Part shown: piece by piece, positions 57,602 to 64,000 of the stretch
How the letters are laid out: each line of letters begins with the position of its first letter
Numbering within the stretch: the stretch's first letter is position 1
NCBI GenBank assembly: GCA_965214095.1
Contig: OZ243938.1
Location: 4,640,001 to 4,704,000, forward strand
Direction: 5' to 3'
Source: Candidatus Poribacteria bacterium
GTDB taxonomy: Bacteria; Poribacteria; WGA-4E; WGA-3G
Length of the DNA stretch: 64,000 nucleotides
Translations under genes and position numbers: made by a program
The notes under the pieces: generated by a model
Databases searched by the model: none
The model's input: only the letters and a program-made list of their open reading frames with translations
What the model was told of the DNA's origin: nothing

Positions 57602-58798
57602 TTATTTCTTTTGCTGTTCCCGTAGAGATAAGAAATGTTGATATGCTTGATAATGCTGTTTAGCAAGTTTTTGTTGGCCAATGCTGTCGTAGAGTTTTGA
57701 GAGATTTAGATGATAATAGGGCTGTTCTTCATTCAAGGAAACTGCCTTTTGAAAAACAGCAATAGCATTTTGCACATCCCCTAACATTGCATAAGCACTT
57801 CCAAGTGTATTGTAAAACAAGTCATGCTTAGGCATAAGTTGTATTGCTGTTTTAGCAGAATCTACCGCTAATTTTGGATACTTGAGATTAATGAAAGTCT
57901 GGCTGAGACCATGATGAAAACCTGCGATTGTTGCCGCAGACGCATTTTGTGCCTTTGCCAGTTCAATACATTTTTGAAAAACCGGTATTACTCGCTTGTA
58001 TTTCCTTTGTTGCATTAACACTTTTGCTAATCCTACCCAACCTTCCAGATTGTTTGGATCCACACGTGTTAACCGAGTGAAACGTTCGTGATCCGCTGCT
58101 ACTTTTTGTAATGTTTGGTATATTTGCATCTCTTCTCTACTTTTCTGTTGATTTCCAGAACGAAGATATGCAGTACCGAGACCGAAATGTGGTTCAGCAA
58201 AATCCGGTGGACCGATTTCAATCGCTTTCTTGAAGTTCCTTATAGCTTCATCATAAGCAGTTAAATTAAGATGAGCATTACCAAGTTCATTATAATTTCC
58301 TGGCGCATTAGGTTTAAGTTCAATGGCTCTGTTTAACACTTCCACTGCTTTAGCATACTGACGAAGTTTGACATAAACTTTACCAAGCACCTCATAGGCG
58401 CGTGCATGTTGGGATGAGAGTAATACAACCTTCTGCAGCGGTGTTAACGCATCTTCCCACTGATTAAGTTTGAAATAGACAACACTCAATGAGTAAAGCA
58501 CTTCAATGTTATCTGGTTGAATTTTCAAAGAACGGTTATATACCTCTACTGCCTTGTTCCAAGAGGAATCCTCTGCATATATCATACCTAAGTAATGCAG
58601 TATTTCATGATGTTCTGGTTCAATTGCAAGCGCAGCATTAAATGCATCTATTGTTGCCTGATTATCTCCTTGAAAAAGGGCACGGAAACCCTTTTCCACG
58701 AATTCTACATATTCAGCATGTCTATTTGTTTCTGCTGAAAGTTCAGGAAATGGTACACATAACCAGATTAGCACTAATACTGTAAAATGTGTTCGCAT
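57602..58798 (-). CDS. Secreted TPR-repeat protein
   Basis: Multiple LG..Y......EA...(Y/F)..A....P repeats; signal peptide. Confidence 0.88.
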   Translation of the reverse strand: MRTHFTVLVLIWLCVPFPELSAETNRHAEYVEFVEKGFRALFQGDNQATIDAFNAALAIEPEHHEILHYLGMIYAEDSSWNKAVEVYNRSLKIQPDNIEVLYSLSVVYFKLNQWEDALTPLQKVVLLSSQHARAYEVLGKVYVKLRQYAKAVEVLNRAIELKPNAPGNYNELGNAHLNLTAYDEAIRNFKKAIEIGPPDFAEPHFGLGTAYLRSGNQQKSREEMQIYQTLQKVAADHERFTRLTRVDPNNLEGWVGLAKVLMQQRKYKRVIPVFQKCIELAKAQNASAATIAGFHHGLSQTFINLKYPKLAVDSAKTAIQLMPKHDLFYNTLGSAYAMLGDVQNAIAVFQKAVSLNEEQPYYHLNLSKLYDSIGQQKLAKQHYQAYQHFLSLREQQKK

Positions 58799-58901
58799 CA
58801 GTATGTCCTATCGGTAGCAATAAGATAATGATATATCAAATGATACCTACTATCATTATTTGTGTCAATCACTTTCTCATTTAGAATAGTATGAATTCTT
58901 G

Positions 58902-58930
58902 TTGACAAGTATGAATTAAATGCGTACAAT
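58902..58930 (+). promoter_or_regulatory. Putative sigma70 promoter
   Basis: TTGACA-N17-TACAAT. Confidence 0.55.
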
Positions 58931-58977
58931 TTATATAATCATTAACATTGAACGTATATCCGAACAAGGAGTCTATC

Positions 58978-59760
58978 ATGCTAACGCAAGACCAAGTGGA
59001 TTTTTACAATGAGAACGGTTACCTCAAAGTAGAGCAACTCTTCTCACCTGAAGAAACTGAAGAACTTGCATCCGAAATGGTAAAGATAATTAACAACTGG
59101 GGACAAGAAACTATTGGTTGGCCAGGACCTTGGCGAACAAAGTATCTAAAAGAGGAAGACCAGCAGACAACAAAAGCAGTCTTCATGCACAATCCTCACT
59201 TCTATTCTGCAACTTGGGGTAGAGTGATTTTTCATGAACGTTTGACCGGTGCTGTTAGGTCTTTAATTGGAGAGTCAGTCCAATGGCATCATACTGTTCT
59301 CCATGCAAAACCACCGGAAAAAGGAACACCTTTTCCAATGCATCAAGACTATCCGTTCTATCCACACGATGGTCTGGATTTTGTTGATTGTCTCGTTCAT
59401 CTTGACGATGCTCCTTATGAAAGTGGTGCATTGCGGGTCGTACCCGGAAGCCACAAGGAAGGACCACGAGAACATATCACAGGTGAAGGCACTGCACCGC
59501 ATTTGCCAACGGATAAATTTCATCCAGATTTCATAGATTCCATCCCGATTCCTGCAAGTGCGGGGGATGTGATTTTCTTTAGTTATTGTCTAATTCATTG
59601 GTCAGAAGTAAATCGGACAGAACAGTGGCGGAAAGCAGTGCGATTTGGTTATCATACCCCAGAGATGCGTCCTATAGGTCGTGAACCGCATGAACCATAT
59701 AATAACATTATGGCAGGTGGTTTCAGAGTGAATCCTACTGCAGGAGAAATAATGGCATAG
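58978..59760 (+). CDS. PhyH-family dioxygenase
   Basis: LTQDQVDFYNENGYL, AKPP, HQD, PGSH, AGDVIFF, IH; AGGAG RBS before MLTQ. Confidence 0.92.
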   Translation: MLTQDQVDFYNENGYLKVEQLFSPEETEELASEMVKIINNWGQETIGWPGPWRTKYLKEEDQQTTKAVFMHNPHFYSATWGRVIFHERLTGAVRSLIGESVQWHHTVLHAKPPEKGTPFPMHQDYPFYPHDGLDFVDCLVHLDDAPYESGALRVVPGSHKEGPREHITGEGTAPHLPTDKFHPDFIDSIPIPASAGDVIFFSYCLIHWSEVNRTEQWRKAVRFGYHTPEMRPIGREPHEPYNNIMAGGFRVNPTAGEIMA

Positions 59761-59767
59761 CATCTCT

Positions 59768-59902
59768 TATGATTGCATACCGCAATATCAAAGACATATT
59801 CTGTAGGAGTGATCTCCAAATCTCAACTAATACTATGACAGTTGGAAATCGGAGTTCCCTCCTACAACCAAGAGTGTGTACTCGTTTCAATAAACTACCC
59901 TA
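59768..59902. repeat. GTAG-type REP doublet, possibly inside a degenerate TA-ended MITE
   Basis: TGTAGGAG...(59802) and CTCCTACA (to 59866) facing each other; flanks resemble the MITE arms (AGAGTGT...AATAAACTACCCTA). Confidence 0.5.
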
Positions 59903-60028
59903 AATACATTCAGAGTTAAATCAACAAACAATTCTGAAATAAAAACCAAATAAATACGTAATTATTAAAGATGGCTTAATTCATAAAACATATTCCTAAT
60001 GAAAAATCAACTATGAAAGGAGATCAAA

Positions 60029-61378
60029 GTGTTTAGAATACAATCTACCAAAACCATCCATACAAAGAATTTACTAATATTCTTATGTTATCTCACACTT
60101 GTATGTATCCTAAGTATGAGTTGTCCTTTTGTTGTTGACACTTCTGCTCAGGAACCGTCCCTTGCTGAAAAGGTATTTGAAAAATACCGCACATTTTTTC
60201 AACGTGAGGATATCAAGACATTACTACCAACAGCCCTTGATGTATTAAAACAACCTGAACCACAGAAAATAATAAATCCAACAACAATTGATATTATCGT
60301 TAAGAATCCAGATCTACTAAAAGAATACATTCCTGATATTGATGACGATTTCATTACATTACTGAAAGAAGATCAGGAGATACAGGACTTTCTTAGGGAC
60401 ACAGATGTTCAAACTTTGCTGCAGGATGTTACAGCTATAGAAGAACTTGAAACATTACTCATGGAGAACCTGGTATCTCTTGCAGAAAAGATTCATGAAA
60501 GGTATTTAGATTTATTCATGAGGGAAGACATACAAGCACAACTTCCAATTCTTCTTATTGAATTGAAAGATCCAGAAATACAGAAGCTACTTATTCCTGC
60601 AACTATCCAACTTGTTATTGATAATCCAGACATTCTTAAGACCTTTCTTCCTGATATTGATGACGAAATCATTAGACTGCTTAAAGAAGATTCAGAGATT
60701 ATCGCTTTTATTAGTGATCCGGATGTGCAACTATTGCTTCAGGATCCCGAGGCAATTGACGAACTCGCGATGCTATTAAGTGTTCCAGTTCCCGTTGTTG
60801 TAACAGTAAAGATTGTCCCAGCATCTATTGTATCACCTAAGGTGGGTGAACAGCTCATCTTTACTGTTGATATTGCAGATGGTGTTGGCGTTGCAGGTTA
60901 TCAAGGGATAATAAATTTTGATCCATCAGCTCTTCAATTTGTTTCACTGGAACATGGCACATATTTTGCAAATAATGCATTCCCAGTACCAACGGATGTT
61001 ACGACAGATGCAGTAACATTTGCTCAAATTATTGCTGCACCAGATATTACAGCGAGTGGGACAGAGGGAACTCTGGTAACAATTACATTTGAAGTTCTTG
61101 ATGCAAAAGCTTCAATGTTGAGTTTATCAGAGGTGATTATTTCTGGTGTGGGTGGAGCACCGCATCAGGTTATTATTGAAAATGCAGAGATATTGGAACC
61201 ACCCAAAACCCCTTGGGATGTGAATAACGATGGAAGAGTTAATATATTGGATTTAACTTTTGTCGCATCCCACTTTGGCGCAGACAATCCGCCACCTGCA
61301 GCAGATGTCAATGGAGATGGGAAGGTTAATATATTGGATTTGACAACTGTGGCAAGTCATTTCGGAGAGACAACATAA
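60029..61378 (+). CDS. Secreted protein: two ~107-aa acidic helical repeats, cohesin-like domain, dockerin-like pair
   Basis: SLAEK....Y...F.REDI repeat twice; VGEQL.F.V.I......VAGYQ..I.FDP.AL.F...G.L..ITFEV; DVNNDGRVNILDL/DVNGDGKVNILDL. Confidence 0.8.
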   Translation: MFRIQSTKTIHTKNLLIFLCYLTLVCILSMSCPFVVDTSAQEPSLAEKVFEKYRTFFQREDIKTLLPTALDVLKQPEPQKIINPTTIDIIVKNPDLLKEYIPDIDDDFITLLKEDQEIQDFLRDTDVQTLLQDVTAIEELETLLMENLVSLAEKIHERYLDLFMREDIQAQLPILLIELKDPEIQKLLIPATIQLVIDNPDILKTFLPDIDDEIIRLLKEDSEIIAFISDPDVQLLLQDPEAIDELAMLLSVPVPVVVTVKIVPASIVSPKVGEQLIFTVDIADGVGVAGYQGIINFDPSALQFVSLEHGTYFANNAFPVPTDVTTDAVTFAQIIAAPDITASGTEGTLVTITFEVLDAKASMLSLSEVIISGVGGAPHQVIIENAEILEPPKTPWDVNNDGRVNILDLTFVASHFGADNPPPAADVNGDGKVNILDLTTVASHFGETT

Positions 61379-61403
61379 GCATTAATGTCGTAGATTGCTG
61401 ATT

Positions 61404-61434
61404 TTGAAGGGAATTAGCAGTTAATTCCCTTCAA
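61404..61434. terminator. Hairpin between convergent genes
   Basis: TTGAAGGGAATTA...TAATTCCCTTCAA. Confidence 0.65.
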
Positions 61435-61456
61435 GCTATCCTGTGGTCTTATGATA

Positions 61457-64000
61457 CTATTTCAATATCAGCATCTTCCGTGTTGCAGAAAATTCAGCAG
61501 CGGTTAATGTGTAGAAATACACACCACTTGCAACGGATTCACCCAATTCATTTTTGCCATCCCAATATGCCGCACGGTTCTGGTTTTGATAAGTGCCTGC
61601 GGACAGATTTCCTAAGTCAAACTTACGAACTAATTTCCCATCAGCAGCATGAATTGAAATGATCACTTCACTCGGTTTTGCTAACTGATAAGGTATCCAC
61701 GTCTCAGGATTAAATGGATTAGGATAATTGGGCAATAGTTTAGTCGTTTCTGGACGTAGTTTGAGTAATAGGTCTTGTAACACACGGATGCCTCTCTGAA
61801 AAGCAGGACTACCGTCATCAACTATATTTGCTTGTGTGATCCAACTTTGGATCTGTTCGGCCGTTAGATTGTGCGAAGCGGGTGACGGTGCCGCTGCAGA
61901 TTCTCCTCCGATATGACCGGCAACCGCTACTAAATCTTGTATATTGACAGTGCCATCACCGTTGACATCTGCGCGACCATCTGTAGATTGACCGAAGGCT
62001 TGTGCAACGATGACTAAATCCAAGATGTTGATTTTGCCATCGGCATTGACATCATATTGTGTGTAAAACATATCATCAACTTCAAAACGTACGATTTCCG
62101 TAAAGTCTTCGCGTAGGATGTTCTGTGCCTTATCCCATACGGTCATCTGTGAAATACCCCATGTTCCAGGCACACTGCCAACAGGCAGAATAATCGTTTT
62201 GTGGTAGGTCGTAAAGACAGTTGGATCTCCTTTGAAATATGTTTTGTGAAAATCGCTATGAAAATGATAAAAGGTGTGTATTACACCGTGCGGATCACGT
62301 AAATCAATAGCTGTGTAATTATATCCACTGATATCATCTTTGATTTGAAAAGTAATATCAACTTTTGTTTCGCCGTTCGGTTCATCCGGATTTGTCGGTT
62401 CTGCTACCACGGTAATCTGGTTCAAATCAAGAACTGGCGGCTTGCTATCAGGATTCGTTGTTACAATATTGATCGTGGCAGGTTTCTCATCAATAATCTC
62501 ATCTTTTACAAGAAGATGATCCTCTGTGTTAGTAAAGTATATCCCTCGGAAATTTAACGCAATATCTTCCATTGAAATATAGTTCAGTGAATATAACCCA
62601 CTTTGGAAGTAATCGGGAATAATCAACTCAACAGTTGCTTCACCAGTGTCTTTGTCGTATGTGCCATACCCATACGAGCTGCGTGAATAGGTTTCGGAAC
62701 TTTCATCGTTGACTCTTGCTGCAATGTTATTCATATCATTTTTTTCAATGATTTTCCAACGCGCAGTCAAAAGTTGGAGTGGTCTATCATCTTCCATACC
62801 CTCAGCCAAGGAGAGTTTCATGGAGTTTTTGACATACATCGGCGGATCTGTGTCGGCTAATGGGTTGTTGATAAAAAGTTTCCAGCCAAAATCTGTTTGT
62901 GATTGGTGCCGTTCATTGCCTTGGGCATCAGCGAGAGTAATTGAATCTGGTCCCCAAAACCCGTGTGCGGAAAAACGTGAGACAACACCCTCACCCCGCA
63001 GAATATGGCTTGTATCCGTATATACACCGTCTTTTATAGGATAAAGCCAAAGCTCAAAGAAGGTACCCTTATTACTAAATAATCTGATATGCGTTTCGCG
63101 GGCATTGTCTAAATCCCCTGTCTGGTGTAGTTCAATTTCTACAATTACCTGCTTATCCTCTTCCGGTTCGCCAATGACATCTATATCCACTCTTATGATT
63201 CGTCCTGGATATACCAAATCTGGATAAAGGTTATAAACCTGAAAGGTTAGATCTTCACGGATGGTCGATATATACCGTGTCCCGTGCATAATCCGGTTTT
63301 GTATGAAATCGTATTTATCTGGCGCACGCGATCGGAGCGCATCAGGACGGACCATGTAAAAACTGATACTCTCAGCCATATCCTCATTAGGATTCTTGGC
63401 ATGCGCATACGCGGATACAAATTCAAGTTGTTTCGTAGTTGACCATCCATCTTTATCATCAGGATTTTCATACCAACCGCCTAGTTCAATCCAATCCTGT
63501 TTGAGCTGCTCATCGAATAGGTGTGTCCATAGAAAGTGTGCTTTTTCATGCAGGATCAACCTATGGATATAGTCCGAGCCTAAATTCTGAAAAGCGGATT
63601 CCATGAACTCAATATATCCGCTTTGAACCCATGCGACTGCGGGGGCAGTCGGATATAACGGGTGAGGTGTGCCATCTAATCGCCGCACGATATATTTCAG
63701 TCCTGCAGTTTTGTGCATACCTGATGGGAATTCTTCAAGCATATTGACAAGAAACAGCACCTCTTCATTCTTAAAGGTTGAGAATCGCGCAGCGTGCTCA
63801 CCGGTTGTGTTTTCTGTTAATTGTGTGTAGTCGGGGACATTTAAACTCACCTCATACCGTTCGTTCAGTATACGTTCAATTGCTTCCCGGTCATTTCCGT
63901 CATCTGTTACGTATCGGACAACTGCGTGATGCAACCTTTTGGAAAAGAACCTGCCTACTACACCCTCAAGTTTCGCTAATCTCGGTTCTGCATAAGTAAA
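61457..64000 (-). CDS. Large zinc-metallopeptidase-like protein with dockerin-like pair and FlgD-Ig/T9SS-like tail, 5'-partial
   Basis: ILHEKAHF plus FVSAYA..NPNEDMAES; DVNADGKINILDL; NYPNPFNPETWIPY; frame open to the window end. Confidence 0.82.
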   Translation of the reverse strand, partial: FTYAEPRLAKLEGVVGRFFSKRLHHAVVRYVTDDGNDREAIERILNERYEVSLNVPDYTQLTENTTGEHAARFSTFKNEEVLFLVNMLEEFPSGMHKTAGLKYIVRRLDGTPHPLYPTAPAVAWVQSGYIEFMESAFQNLGSDYIHRLILHEKAHFLWTHLFDEQLKQDWIELGGWYENPDDKDGWSTTKQLEFVSAYAHAKNPNEDMAESISFYMVRPDALRSRAPDKYDFIQNRIMHGTRYISTIREDLTFQVYNLYPDLVYPGRIIRVDIDVIGEPEEDKQVIVEIELHQTGDLDNARETHIRLFSNKGTFFELWLYPIKDGVYTDTSHILRGEGVVSRFSAHGFWGPDSITLADAQGNERHQSQTDFGWKLFINNPLADTDPPMYVKNSMKLSLAEGMEDDRPLQLLTARWKIIEKNDMNNIAARVNDESSETYSRSSYGYGTYDKDTGEATVELIIPDYFQSGLYSLNYISMEDIALNFRGIYFTNTEDHLLVKDEIIDEKPATINIVTTNPDSKPPVLDLNQITVVAEPTNPDEPNGETKVDITFQIKDDISGYNYTAIDLRDPHGVIHTFYHFHSDFHKTYFKGDPTVFTTYHKTIILPVGSVPGTWGISQMTVWDKAQNILREDFTEIVRFEVDDMFYTQYDVNADGKINILDLVIVAQAFGQSTDGRADVNGDGTVNIQDLVAVAGHIGGESAAAPSPASHNLTAEQIQSWITQANIVDDGSPAFQRGIRVLQDLLLKLRPETTKLLPNYPNPFNPETWIPYQLAKPSEVIISIHAADGKLVRKFDLGNLSAGTYQNQNRAAYWDGKNELGESVASGVYFYTLTAAEFSATRKMLILK

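Noticed and set aside
13249-59902. CRISPR array interpretation of the recurring hairpins
   Set aside because: Copies are dispersed singly in intergenic regions, not regularly spaced with unique spacers, and no cas genes are present.

Overview
AT-rich bacterial window with no rRNA, tRNA or CRISPR array visible. The gene content strongly suggests Candidatus Poribacteria or a close relative (inference, no marker gene in the window): sulfatases, five PhyH-type dioxygenases, LamG, WD40, cadherin, TPR and CRTAC1 proteins, and many secreted proteins ending in dockerin-like and/or 'NYPNPFNPETWIPY' FlgD-Ig/T9SS-like tails. The top candidate system is a five-gene co-oriented cluster at 34.3-40.7 kb: a membrane coiled-coil protein, two PspA/Vipp1 (ESCRT-III-superfamily) paralogues, an uncharacterised protein with an HDxxGH metallopeptidase-like motif, and an AAA+ ATPase with a Vps4-like pore loop, together suggesting a bacterial ESCRT-like membrane-remodelling module. 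Other highlights: several families of miniature inverted-repeat elements that carry GTAG-type REP hairpins as cargo (three copies exactly 103 bp); an intact TnpB-only IS200/IS605 element with inferable ends, TAM, guide and a 5' pseudoknot; a tandem triplet of two-module repeat surface proteins; two distinct C-terminal sorting-like motifs plus a cohesin-dockerin protein; and several enzymes with altered catalytic motifs or frameshifts.
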